Shown: in pieces, positions 47,727 to 57,309 of the stretch
Layout: every line of letters begins with the position of its first letter
How positions within the stretch are numbered: position 1 is the first letter of the stretch
From: Sphingomonadaceae bacterium
GTDB lineage: Bacteria; Pseudomonadota; Alphaproteobacteria; Sphingomonadales; Sphingomonadaceae
Length of the DNA stretch: 64,000 bases
Direction of reading: 5' to 3'
Assembly (NCBI GenBank): GCA_947454135.1
Contig: CANGJI010000002.1
Span: 47,655-111,654 of the forward strand
The notes under the pieces: generated by a model
Told to the model about the DNA's origin: nothing
Database searches by the model: none
What the model saw: only the letters and a program-made list of their open reading frames with translations
Position numbers and translations under genes: made by a program

Positions 47727-48503
47727 ATGCCGCTCGCGATGATCCTGGCAGCACTGGGCTCGGGCGCCGTGATCGGCCTGATCCTCGCCGGGCTCGGCGC
47801 GGGCGGGTCGATCCTGATGACGCCGCTGCTCGTCTATGCGGTGGGCGTGTCCTCCGCGCATGCGGCGGTCGGGACAAGCGCGGTCGCGGTCACGCTCAAC
47901 GCGCTGGTCGGCCTTGCCGGCCATGCCCGCGCGGGGACGGTGAAGTGGCGCTGCGCCGGGGTGTTTGCCGCTTCCGGCGTGATCGGCGCGACTCTCGGCG
48001 CGGAGCTGGGCAAGGCGCTCGACGGCAAGCGCCTGCTCATGCTGTTCGGCCTGCTCATGGTGGTCGTGGGCATCGCGATGCTGCGCCCGCGCCGCGGCGA
48101 GGAACGCGCCGATGTGCAGCTCACCGCCGCCAGCGCAGGCCAGTTGCTGCCGCGCCTCATCCCCATCGGGCTCGGCACGGGTCTGCTCGCCGGGTTCTTC
48201 GGGATCGGCGGCGGTTTCCTGATCGTGCCCGGCCTGATCACCGCGACCGCCATGCCGATGCGCTATGCCTCGGGCACGTCGCTGGTGATCGTCGCGGCCT
48301 TGGGCGCGACGACCGCGACGTCCTATGCGTTGTCCGGTTTCGTCGATTGGCCGCTCGTGGCCGTGCTCGCCGTGGGCGGCGCGGCGGGAGCCGCGCTTGG
48401 CATCAGGGCCGCAGCGCGCCTCGCCAGCCATCGCGGCCTTGTCGAGAAGGGCTTTGCCGCGCTGGTGATCGCGGTCGGCGTCTACGTCGCGCTGGGGCGC
48501 TGA
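47727..48503 (+). CDS. Sulfite exporter TauE/SafE family
   Basis: GLGAGGSILMTP, AVGTS, GFFGIGGGFLIVP, ASGTSL. Confidence 0.88.
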   Translation: MPLAMILAALGSGAVIGLILAGLGAGGSILMTPLLVYAVGVSSAHAAVGTSAVAVTLNALVGLAGHARAGTVKWRCAGVFAASGVIGATLGAELGKALDGKRLLMLFGLLMVVVGIAMLRPRRGEERADVQLTAASAGQLLPRLIPIGLGTGLLAGFFGIGGGFLIVPGLITATAMPMRYASGTSLVIVAALGATTATSYALSGFVDWPLVAVLAVGGAAGAALGIRAAARLASHRGLVEKGFAALVIAVGVYVALGR

Positions 48504-49603
48504 TTCCCGGAACGCTGGCCCATCGTGCTGCGCACCAGCCGGCCGACCAGCGGGAACAGCCCGGCATAGCTTGACCTCGAATAGGTCGAGCCGGTGCCCA
48601 GTTCGGCCGTCAGGCGGCGATGCGCCTCACCCAGCGCGTGATAGGGCACGCTCGGCAGCAGGTGGTGCAGCGCGTGGTAGCGCAGGCCGACCGGGGCCCA
48701 CAGCACCGTGACCAGACCCGGCGGCGGCACGTTGACCGAATCGAGGTACTGCCCCGTCACCGTCATCGTCTCGCCCTCGTTCTCCCACAGATGCGCCACC
48801 AGCGTGCGCGCCTGGTTGAGCACCGCGCCGAGTGCGATCACGGCAATGCCGATGAGGAGCGGGCGCCAACCATGCGTGGCCGACCAGCCGATGAGGAACC
48901 ACGCCCAGGCGGTCGCCCCCAGTTCCTGCCAGAACACCATCCGCGCGAAATCGCCTTCAGGCGGGCGGCGGCGGAAGGCCGGGTTGATCGCCAGCGCCGA
49001 AGCGCGTGCCCAGACCAACCGGCGCAGCGGCGGGATCACGACCCCGAGCGGCGTCAGCACGGCGCATCGCACGAGCAGCGCCACCGGCAGGAGAATCGCC
49101 GTCAGCAGGAACACCGGCAGCGACCACGGCTTCATCAGCGCGAGGGGCAGATATTCGGGGTCTTCCGCCGTCCCGTAGCGGGTGCGCGCATGGTGCAGCG
49201 GATGCACGCCTTCATACATGAACGAAGGCGTGAGCATCGGAATGCCCACCACAAGGTTCCATACGAAGCGGAACCCCGGCAGCGCATTGCGGTGGATATG
49301 CGAAAGTTCGTGGATGAACAGCAGCGCGCGGTAGAACGCGAGCGCCGATAGTACCCCGCACGCCGCCGCTGCCCAGACGTTGGCGGACAGGATCGCCCCT
49401 GCCAGCGCGGCATAGCCGGTGAAGGCGGAGAGCAGCATGTCCGGCCAGAACACGGCCGGCTTTGCCTCAGCCAGATCGCGCGTCAGCTCCACCGCCGCGC
49501 GCAGCATGGCCTTGTCGTCCGGCGTCCGCGCGAGGATCGCCGCGTCTCCGGGCGCAGCGGACAGCGGCTGCGAGGCCGTTTCGAGCGAGGGAGAGGCGAG
49601 CAT
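48482..49603 (-). CDS. Membrane fatty-acid desaturase/hydroxylase family (candidate ceramide hydroxylase)
   Basis: Three His boxes HELSH, HPLHH, HALHH; hydrophobic segments. Confidence 0.8.
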   Translation of the reverse strand: MLASPSLETASQPLSAAPGDAAILARTPDDKAMLRAAVELTRDLAEAKPAVFWPDMLLSAFTGYAALAGAILSANVWAAAACGVLSALAFYRALLFIHELSHIHRNALPGFRFVWNLVVGIPMLTPSFMYEGVHPLHHARTRYGTAEDPEYLPLALMKPWSLPVFLLTAILLPVALLVRCAVLTPLGVVIPPLRRLVWARASALAINPAFRRRPPEGDFARMVFWQELGATAWAWFLIGWSATHGWRPLLIGIAVIALGAVLNQARTLVAHLWENEGETMTVTGQYLDSVNVPPPGLVTVLWAPVGLRYHALHHLLPSVPYHALGEAHRRLTAELGTGSTYSRSSYAGLFPLVGRLVRSTMGQRSGNQRPSAT

Positions 49604-49735
49604 GCGACGTTTCCTGATTGACCCGAGACTGCTTGTCCAGAGACCCTTTGAGCCGTGTCCGCTTGACAATCCGGCCCGGGCCAACGCAGGCAAGCCCTGC
49701 ATTTTTTCCGAATACTTCCAAACAAAGGCAAGATC

Positions 49736-50908
49736 GTGGCCGGAACCCAAGCTACTAGCGGCGAACTAAGCATCACCCCGGTTTCCGGCAAGGCCGATCG
49801 CATTGCCTTTGTGGACTATGCCTACCGCATCAACGCGAACGATCCCGCCTGGGTGCCGCCGCTGCGGATGGAAGCGATCGAGCTCGTCACCCCCGGCAAG
49901 AACCCGTTCTTCGAACATGCCGACGTCCAGTTGTTCCTTGCCCGGCGCGGCGGCAAGATCGTCGGGCGCATTTCGGCGCATATCGATCACCTCGCCGTCG
50001 CGATGGACCCTGTGCAGGGCATGGGCCCGGGCACCGGCAACTGGGGCCTGCTCGAAGCGGAGGACGAGGCGACTGCTCGTGCGCTCATCGCCCGCGCCGA
50101 GGACTGGCTGCGCGAAAAGGGCATGACCCGCGTGCTCGCCCCGCTCTCGATGTCGATCTGGGAAGAACCGGGCCAGCTCGTACGCGGCTTCGAGCAACCG
50201 CCGACGGTCATGATGGGCCACCAGAGCAAGCGCTACCCCGCCTATATCGAGGGCATGGGCTACACGCCTGCCAAGTCGCTGCTCACCTACGAGCTCGACA
50301 TCACGAAGGATTTCCCGCCGCTCATCCAGCGCATCGTCTCTTCGGGCGAGAAGAACCCGCGCATCCGCATCCGCGGCGTCGACAAGAGCAAGTTCGATGC
50401 CGAAGCCAAGCTGATCCTCGATATCCTCAACGATGCCTGGTCGGACAACTGGGGCTTCGTCCCCTTCACCGACACCGAGATCGCCTACGCCGGCAAGAAG
50501 TTCAAACCGATCGTGCGCGAGGATCTCATCATGATCGCCGAGTACGACGGCGAGCCGGTGGCCTTCATGATGACGCTGCCCGATCTCAACGAAGTGCTCA
50601 AGCCGATGGGCGGTTCGCTGTTCCCGTTCAACTGGGCCAAGCTGCTGCTGTGGCTGCGCAAGCCGAAGACCACGACGATGCGCGTGCCGCTGATGGGCGT
50701 GCGCAAGCGGCTGCAGGCCTCGCGCCTTGCCAGCCAGCTCGCCTTCATGATGATCGAGTACATCCGCCGCAATTCGGTAGCGACCTATGGCGCCAGCCGC
50801 GGCGAGATCGGCTGGATCCTTGATGACAACCAGGGGATGGTCGCCATCGCCGATGCCATCGATAGCAAGGTCAACAAGGAATACGTGATCTACGGCAAGG
50901 GCCTCTAG
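49736..50908 (+). CDS. YghO-like tandem GNAT protein, candidate bacterial ceramide synthase (bCerS)
   Basis: DPAWVPPL, KNPFFEH, GKIVGRISA, NDAWSDNWGFVP, LPDLNE, EIGWILDDN. Confidence 0.7.
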   Translation: MAGTQATSGELSITPVSGKADRIAFVDYAYRINANDPAWVPPLRMEAIELVTPGKNPFFEHADVQLFLARRGGKIVGRISAHIDHLAVAMDPVQGMGPGTGNWGLLEAEDEATARALIARAEDWLREKGMTRVLAPLSMSIWEEPGQLVRGFEQPPTVMMGHQSKRYPAYIEGMGYTPAKSLLTYELDITKDFPPLIQRIVSSGEKNPRIRIRGVDKSKFDAEAKLILDILNDAWSDNWGFVPFTDTEIAYAGKKFKPIVREDLIMIAEYDGEPVAFMMTLPDLNEVLKPMGGSLFPFNWAKLLLWLRKPKTTTMRVPLMGVRKRLQASRLASQLAFMMIEYIRRNSVATYGASRGEIGWILDDNQGMVAIADAIDSKVNKEYVIYGKGL

Positions 50909-51016
50909 GGCCGGAGACGCCGCCAGCCCGCCCATTCGCGCGCTCCGCCCGAGCCTCGGCGTCGGTTCGCCGACGCGGCCTTGATCCTGCCGCATGCAAG
51001 GCGCAGAAGGCCGGGC

Positions 51017-52201
51017 ATGGCCGATATGCCCGATCCTGATCTCGAAACCGGCGCCGCCGCGCCCCGCCTTGCCGATGAATGGACGGGCGATGCGCGCGCG
51101 CGTCTGCAATCGGCGATCGTGCTGCTGCTCATGGCCGGGCTGTTCATGGCGCTGCCCTTCGTGCTCTCGATCGGTTCGGTGGTGTTTCTCCCGCCCGTCA
51201 CCGCGCTCGTCATCACGATCATCCTCGCCCCGCTGGCTGACCGGCTGAGCCGCATCGGCCTGCCGGGCATGCTCGCCTCGCTCATGGCCATCCTCATCAT
51301 GGCCGGCGTGATCGTTGCGGCGCTCGCGCTGATTCTCCGGCCGGCGTTCACGATGGTCGATCAGGTGCCCGACATGGTGGCCGTCGTCAGCCGCCGCTTT
51401 GCGGAGCTGCGCGGCAACCTCGCCTGGATCAACGATTTCAACCGCCAGCTCGCGCGCCTCATGGGCCACAGCCCGCGCGAAGTCGTGCTCGCCAGCCCTT
51501 CGGTGATCGAACAGGTTGCCTTCGCCACCCCCAGCGTCGTGCTCGAAGTGCTGGTCACCCTGCTGATGACCTTCTTCATGATCGAGACGCGCCTGCGCGT
51601 GCGCCGCCGCCTCGAGCAGAGCGCCACGAGCGCCAACGCCTCGGTGCGCATCGCCCGCGTGATGCGCGATGTGCAGGACCGGGTGGCGGGCTATCTCCTC
51701 ACCGTCGCGCTGATCAACCTCGGCGTGGGCGTCATCGTGGCGGGCGGAGCCTATGCCTTCGGGCTGAGCGCACCGATCATGTGGGGCGGCCTCGCCTTCG
51801 TGTTCAACTTCCTGCCCTATCTCGGCCCGCTGGCAATGATGGCGCTTCTCGGGCTGGTCGGCCTCGGAACCGCAAGCTCGGTGGCGGTGGGCATCGTGCC
51901 GATGCTCGCCTTCCTCGGGCTCCACGCCGTCGAGGCGAACTTCGTGACCCCGGCAATCCTCGGCGCGCGGCTGACGGTGAGCCCCGTCGCGATCCTCGTC
52001 GCGATCAGCTATTTCTCATGGATCTGGGGCGTCCCCGGCGCGCTGCTCTCGGTGCCGATCCTGCTGATCATCGAGGCCATGCTCGATAATCTTGGCCGGC
52101 CGAACGTGATCGGCTTCCTGCTCGGCGAACCGCTGTTCCGGCCTGCTCGCGCGGTAAGTCCCGCAGTAAGTCCAGCGGCCAGTCCCGCGGTCAGTCGCTA
52201 G
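51017..52201 (+). CDS. AI-2E family transporter
   Basis: FNFLPYLGP, EANFVTPAILG, LSVPILL; multi-TM. Confidence 0.85.
   Translation: MADMPDPDLETGAAAPRLADEWTGDARARLQSAIVLLLMAGLFMALPFVLSIGSVVFLPPVTALVITIILAPLADRLSRIGLPGMLASLMAILIMAGVIVAALALILRPAFTMVDQVPDMVAVVSRRFAELRGNLAWINDFNRQLARLMGHSPREVVLASPSVIEQVAFATPSVVLEVLVTLLMTFFMIETRLRVRRRLEQSATSANASVRIARVMRDVQDRVAGYLLTVALINLGVGVIVAGGAYAFGLSAPIMWGGLAFVFNFLPYLGPLAMMALLGLVGLGTASSVAVGIVPMLAFLGLHAVEANFVTPAILGARLTVSPVAILVAISYFSWIWGVPGALLSVPILLIIEAMLDNLGRPNVIGFLLGEPLFRPARAVSPAVSPAASPAVSR
52151..52198 (+). repeat. 4 x 12-bp imperfect tandem repeat (AVSP AVSP AASP AVSR)
   Basis: GCGGTAAGTCCC GCAGTAAGTCCA GCGGCCAGTCCC GCGGTCAGTCGC. Confidence 0.8.
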
Positions 52202-53516
52202 CCTTTCCCTCGTCCAGCCCCGGCATCGCGTCGACCACCGCCGTCACCGCCACGTCGAGCGTGACGTTGCCGAGCGTGCGCATGAGATCGGGCAGCATTT
52301 CCACCGCCACCAGCAGCGCCAGCGGCCCCACCGGCACGCCCATCGCCAGCGCGATCGGGCCGCACGAGGTGACGAGGCTGATCGCGCCGGGCAGGCTCAC
52401 CGCACCGAAGCTCATCACCGATGCGACGGCAAAGCCCGCCAGCATGTGCCAGCCATCGACCGGCACGCCCAGCCAGTGGGCAAGATAGATCGCGACGGCG
52501 AAGTTCATCGCCGGGCCTGTCCCGCGAAACAGCGCGACGGCGAGCGGCAGGGTAAACTCGGCCGCGCGGTCGCGGATGCCGAGCTGGCGGCAGGCGCCGA
52601 GCATGGCGGGCAGCGAAGCGAGCGAGGACTGCGTCGAGAGCGCCAGCGCCTGCGCCGGAATCACCGCGCGGGCAAAGGCGCCGAGCGGCTGGCGGCCGAA
52701 CAGCACCGCAATCGGATAGGCGCTGAGGAACATCACCGTACCCGTCAGCGTCACGATCAGCACATAGTGCGCCAGCGCGCCGATGGCCGCCGTGCCGGTA
52801 TGGGCCGCCACCGCGAAGCTCAGCGCGAAGACACCGGCGGGCGCGGTCCACAGGATCCAGCCGACGACGACCAGCGTCGCCCCGCCGATGGCCTCGAAGA
52901 AGGTCAGCAGGCTATCGCGCTGGTGGCCGGCCAGCCGGGCCGCAGCCACGGCGAAGATCGCGGTGAACAGCAGCAGCGGCAGGATCTGGTCATTGGCGGC
53001 AGCGGCAAACACGTTGGCGGGCACGAACGAGGCGACAAAATCGCCGACGCCCGGAAGCGGCCCCGTCGCCTGAGCCGTGTTCGCCGCCATGCCTGCGCGA
53101 AGGGCCTCGGCGGCACCGGGCGGGCTCGGGATCACCGCGAGGAGCGCGGGCACCACGAAAGCCGCCATCGCAGATCCGCCTGCCAGAATCAGGTAGAACC
53201 AGCCGAGCGCGCGCCGCGCCATGGCCCCGGCCCGTGCCGCCGCGACGGTCTGCACCACGCCCATGAACAGCAGCGAGACGACGAGGGGAATGATCGTCGC
53301 CCGCAGCGCGCGCAGCCACATGTCGCCCACCGGCTCCGCCACCGCGAGCAGCGGCGTGAGCGCCCCCGGCGCGCGCATCGCCACGGCTAGGCCAAGGCCG
53401 AGGCCGCCGACCAGCCCGACGAACGTCCACAGCGTGGGCACCTTGGTGATCTCGGGCAGGGGGCTCGGCGCGCGGGTGGCCTCGCCGGATGACGTATCTT
53501 TAATCGGTTGGTTCAT
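52191..53516 (-). CDS. Dicarboxylate/amino acid:cation symporter (DAACS)
   Basis: IIPLVV, FVPANVF, STQSSLASLP, FTLPL, RTLGNVTLD. Confidence 0.88.
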   Translation of the reverse strand: MNQPIKDTSSGEATRAPSPLPEITKVPTLWTFVGLVGGLGLGLAVAMRAPGALTPLLAVAEPVGDMWLRALRATIIPLVVSLLFMGVVQTVAAARAGAMARRALGWFYLILAGGSAMAAFVVPALLAVIPSPPGAAEALRAGMAANTAQATGPLPGVGDFVASFVPANVFAAAANDQILPLLLFTAIFAVAAARLAGHQRDSLLTFFEAIGGATLVVVGWILWTAPAGVFALSFAVAAHTGTAAIGALAHYVLIVTLTGTVMFLSAYPIAVLFGRQPLGAFARAVIPAQALALSTQSSLASLPAMLGACRQLGIRDRAAEFTLPLAVALFRGTGPAMNFAVAIYLAHWLGVPVDGWHMLAGFAVASVMSFGAVSLPGAISLVTSCGPIALAMGVPVGPLALLVAVEMLPDLMRTLGNVTLDVAVTAVVDAMPGLDEGKASD

Positions 53517-53612
53517 GGGGCGGTGACATTAAGCGTGTAGGGCCATATGGCAATCCGCGCTAGCAAAGCCAAATGGGGCTGGGGCGCTTCCGCAAAGGAC
53601 TTGTTTCAGGGA

Positions 53613-54950
53613 ATGGCACGCAAATTCTTCGGCACCGACGGAATCCGGGGCAGGACCAACGCCGGCGTGATGACGGCAGCAACCGCGATGAAGGTCGGTC
53701 AGGCTGCCGGCACCTACTTCCTGCGCGGCGAACATCGCCACCGCGTCGTGATCGGCAAGGACACCCGCCTCTCCGGCTACATGCTGGAAAACGCGATGAC
53801 CGCCGGCTTCACCAGCGTCGGCATGGACGTCGTTCTGCTCGGGCCGATGCCGACCCCCGCCGTCGCCCTCCTCACGCGCGAAATGCGCGCCGATGTCGGC
53901 GTGATGATCTCGGCCAGCCACAACCCGTTCGAGGACAACGGCATCAAGCTGTTCGGCCCGGACGGCTTCAAGCTTTCCGACGAGGACGAACTCGCGATCG
54001 AGGCGATGCTTGAACAGGATCTGCCGCTTGCCGATGCGAACGATGTCGGCCGCGCCCGCCGCATCGAAGACGCACGCGGCCGCTACATCCACGCGGTCAA
54101 GGCCTCGCTTCCCCACAACGTCCGGCTCGATGGCCTGCGCATCGTCGTCGATTGCGCGAATGGCGCGGCCTATCACGTCGCCCCCTCGGCCTTGTGGGAA
54201 CTGGGCGCCGAGGTCCTCGCCATCGGCGTCGAGCCCAATGGCAAGAACATCAACGCCGGTGTCGGCTCAACCCATCTCGATGCGCTGAAGGCGCGCGTGC
54301 GCGAAGTCCGCGCCGATATCGGCATCGCGCTCGATGGTGATGCCGACCGGCTGATCGTGGTCGACGAGAAGGGCCAGACGGTGGACGGCGACCAGATCAT
54401 GGCGCTGATCGGCGGGCGGCTCCATCAGGCCGGCACCCTGCGCGGCGGCGGCGTGGTCGCCACGGTCATGTCGAACCTCGGCCTTGAGCGGTACCTCAAC
54501 AGCCTCGGTCTCGAACTGGTGCGCGCCTCGGTGGGCGACCGCTACGTGCTCGAGAAGATGCGCGAAGGCGGCTACAACGTCGGCGGCGAGCAATCGGGCC
54601 ACATGATCCTGACCGACCACGGCACGACCGGCGACGGCACCGTCGCGGCCCTGCAGGTGCTTGCCGCGCTGGTCGCTTCGGGCAAGCCCGCGAGCGAGAC
54701 GCTGCACCTGTTCGATCCCGTCCCGCAGCTCCTCAAGAACGTGCGCTTTGCCGGCGGCAAGCCGCTTGAGGCCGAGAGCGTGAAGGCCGCAATCGCCGCC
54801 GCCGAGGCCCAGCTGGCCGGACGCGGACGCCTCGTCATCCGCCCCTCGGGCACCGAGCCGGTGATCCGCGTGATGGCCGAGGGCGACGATGCGCGCGAAG
54901 TGGAGCAGGTGGTCGACGCGATCTGCGACGCGGTGCGCAAGGCTGCCTGA
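53613..54950 (+). CDS. glmM: Phosphoglucosamine mutase
   Basis: [36 protein letters not shown]. Confidence 0.96.
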   Translation: MARKFFGTDGIRGRTNAGVMTAATAMKVGQAAGTYFLRGEHRHRVVIGKDTRLSGYMLENAMTAGFTSVGMDVVLLGPMPTPAVALLTREMRADVGVMISASHNPFEDNGIKLFGPDGFKLSDEDELAIEAMLEQDLPLADANDVGRARRIEDARGRYIHAVKASLPHNVRLDGLRIVVDCANGAAYHVAPSALWELGAEVLAIGVEPNGKNINAGVGSTHLDALKARVREVRADIGIALDGDADRLIVVDEKGQTVDGDQIMALIGGRLHQAGTLRGGGVVATVMSNLGLERYLNSLGLELVRASVGDRYVLEKMREGGYNVGGEQSGHMILTDHGTTGDGTVAALQVLAALVASGKPASETLHLFDPVPQLLKNVRFAGGKPLEAESVKAAIAAAEAQLAGRGRLVIRPSGTEPVIRVMAEGDDAREVEQVVDAICDAVRKAA

Positions 54951-54962
54951 GGAAATCCGGCC

Positions 54963-55190
54963 ATGCTTGAAATGCGCCCCGATTGCGAACGCTGCGGCAC
55001 CGACCTTCCCGCCGAGGCACCGGGCGCGTTCATCTGTTCGTTCGAGTGTACCTTCTGCGCCGAGTGCGCCGAAGCGCTCGATGATCGCTGCCCCAATTGC
55101 GGCGGCGAACTGATGGACCGCCCCAGCCGCGCCAAGGCGCTCCATGCCAAGTATCCGCCATCCAGCGAGCGGAAGTTCAAGGCCAGATGA
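54963..55190 (+). CDS. DUF1272 protein
   Basis: MLEMRPDCERC, ICSFECTFCAEC, CPNCGGEL.RP.R. Confidence 0.88.
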   Translation: MLEMRPDCERCGTDLPAEAPGAFICSFECTFCAECAEALDDRCPNCGGELMDRPSRAKALHAKYPPSSERKFKAR

Positions 55191-55936
55191 CGCCGCCACC
55201 GCGTGTGCTCTCCATCGCCGGCTCGGATTCGGGCGGCGGTGCGGGCATTCAGGCCGATATCAAGACGATCACCATGCTCGGCGGCTATGCGATGACCGCC
55301 GTGACCGCGCTGACGGCACAGAACACCACCGGCGTGCGCCTGGTCGAGGCCGCGAGCCCCGCGATGGTCGCCGCGCAGATCGATGCCTGCGTCGGCGATC
55401 TCGGCGTCGATGCGGTGAAGATCGGGATGCTCGGTTCGCCCGAAATCGCCGACGTCGTGGCACAGCGGCTCGAGCAGCTCGCCGTACCCATCGTGTTCGA
55501 TCCGGTGATGATCGCCACCAGCGGCGCCGCGCTGGCCGATGCAGCCACCATCGCCGCCTTCGAACGGCTCATGGCCATCGCCACGCTCACCACCCCCAAT
55601 GTCCCCGAACTCGCCGCGCTGGGCGGCGAAGCAGCGCTCAGGGCGCGCGGCATTGCATGGCTGGGCAAGGGCGGCGATGCGGAAGGCCCCGAAGTGACCG
55701 ACCGGCTGGCCGTACCCGGTGCGGACGACGTTGTCTGGACCGCACCGCGCATCGAAACCCGCCACACCCACGGCACCGGCTGCACGCTCTCCAGCGCCAT
55801 CGCGGTGCATCTGGCGCGCGGACTGTCGCTGCCCGATGCCGTGGCGCAGGCCCGCCAGTTCGTGCGCGCCGCCCTTCTCGCCGCGCCCGGTTTCGGCGCC
55901 GGGCACGGGCCGCTGGGACACTTCGCGGTCCGCTAG
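55187..55936 (+). CDS. thiD: Hydroxymethylpyrimidine/phosphomethylpyrimidine kinase
   Basis: IAGSDSGGGAGIQADIKT, AVKIGML, DPVM, THGTGCTLSSAI. Confidence 0.93.
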   Translation: MTPPPRVLSIAGSDSGGGAGIQADIKTITMLGGYAMTAVTALTAQNTTGVRLVEAASPAMVAAQIDACVGDLGVDAVKIGMLGSPEIADVVAQRLEQLAVPIVFDPVMIATSGAALADAATIAAFERLMAIATLTTPNVPELAALGGEAALRARGIAWLGKGGDAEGPEVTDRLAVPGADDVVWTAPRIETRHTHGTGCTLSSAIAVHLARGLSLPDAVAQARQFVRAALLAAPGFGAGHGPLGHFAVR

Positions 55937-56814
55937 TCGACGTCCAGCCCGTAGAACGTGGTAATGTGGCCCCAGGCTTCCTCCGCCGTCTCCACGACTT
56001 GGAAGAGGCCGAGGTCGCCTGCGCTGATCACCCCTTCCTCGGCCAGCGCCGCGAAGTTCACCACCCGGCTCCAGAAATCCGCGCCGAACAGCAGGATCGG
56101 AATCGGCTGCATCTTGCCGGTCTGGATCAGGGTGAGCAGCTCGAACAGCTCGTCGAACGTGCCGAAGCCGCCCGGAAAAGCCGCCACCGCCCGTGCGCGC
56201 AGCAGGAAGTGCATCTTGCGCAGGGCGAAGTAGTGGAACTGGAACGAGAGGTGCGGCGTCACATAGGCATTAGGCGTGTGCTCGTGCTCCAGCACGATAT
56301 TGAGCCCGATCGATTCCGCCCCGACATCCGCCGCGCCGCGGTTGGCCGCTTCCATGATCGAAGGCCCGCCGCCTGAGCAGATCACGAAGTGGCGCTTGCC
56401 ATTCTCGACCACCGCGCTGCTGCTGGCGATCTGCGCCAGCTTGCGCGCTTCGTCATAATAGCGCGACTTGGCGATCAGTCGCTCGGCCACGGCCTTGCGC
56501 TCCGGCGTCGTCGCCGCCGCGCGGACCTTGTCCGCCTCTTCGGGGGCAGGAATGCGCGCCGAGCCATACATCACCAGCGTCGAGCCGATGCCGGCTTCAT
56601 CCAGCAGCATCTCGGGCTTGAGCAGCTCCAGCTGGAAGCGGATCGGGCGCAGTTCCTCGCGCAGCAGGAAATCGGTGTCGCGGAAGGCGAGCCGATAGGC
56701 AGGATCCCGCTGCTGCGGCGTGATGCATTCGTGCGATTCAACGAAGCCGGCTTCCTGCTCGGCCTTGTAGAATTTCCGCCGTGTCAGCTCGTGGGCAATT
56801 TCTTCCTCGGTCAT
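55933..56814 (-). CDS. LOG family (TIGR00730-like) protein
   Basis: GSARI, GGGPSIMEAANRG, FALRKMHF, PGGFGTFDE. Confidence 0.88.
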   Translation of the reverse strand: MTEEEIAHELTRRKFYKAEQEAGFVESHECITPQQRDPAYRLAFRDTDFLLREELRPIRFQLELLKPEMLLDEAGIGSTLVMYGSARIPAPEEADKVRAAATTPERKAVAERLIAKSRYYDEARKLAQIASSSAVVENGKRHFVICSGGGPSIMEAANRGAADVGAESIGLNIVLEHEHTPNAYVTPHLSFQFHYFALRKMHFLLRARAVAAFPGGFGTFDELFELLTLIQTGKMQPIPILLFGADFWSRVVNFAALAEEGVISAGDLGLFQVVETAEEAWGHITTFYGLDVD

Positions 56815-57081
56815 GGCCAGAGGATGTCGCAAGGGCTGCGGCAAATCGCAATGGGCGATGCTTTCGCCTTAACCTTTTGCCGCCACAGATTGCTCCGAAG
56901 CGGGCCTGTTAACAGCGTTTTGCAGAGGCGGCCTGCCGCAAGCGGGCCGGTCAGGGTCATTGCGCACCAGACAGCCGGAGTGCGCCTGCATGCGCCGGGA
57001 CGATTGTCGGGAACAGTGTGGGAGAGAATTCCGACAGCCACTCACAAGCGGCTGATTTTTCCGGAAAAACTTCCTGGAAAA

Positions 57082-57155
57082 TGGATGCCCCGCGAGGATT
57101 CGAACCTCGATAGACGGAATCAGAATCCGTAGTCTTGCCGTTAGACGACGGGGCA
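57082..57155 (-). tRNA. tRNA-Gln (CTG)
   Basis: TGCCCCG/CGGGGCA acceptor stem, ACGGA-TTCTGAT-TCCGT anticodon arm, GGTTCGAATCC, encoded CCA. Confidence 0.96.
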
Positions 57156-57309
57156 ATGAGGGCGCGCCTTTAAGCGCGGCTTTGGCTTGAGTCAAGGCAA
57201 CGCGCCCCTTCCCCGGGCGTGCTTGCCCCAAAGCCGCAGGAACGCTAGAGTGCGTGTCAAGTACCTGCCGGGCATCCCCTTGGCGGGAAAACATAAGCGA
57301 TTGGTAGAC

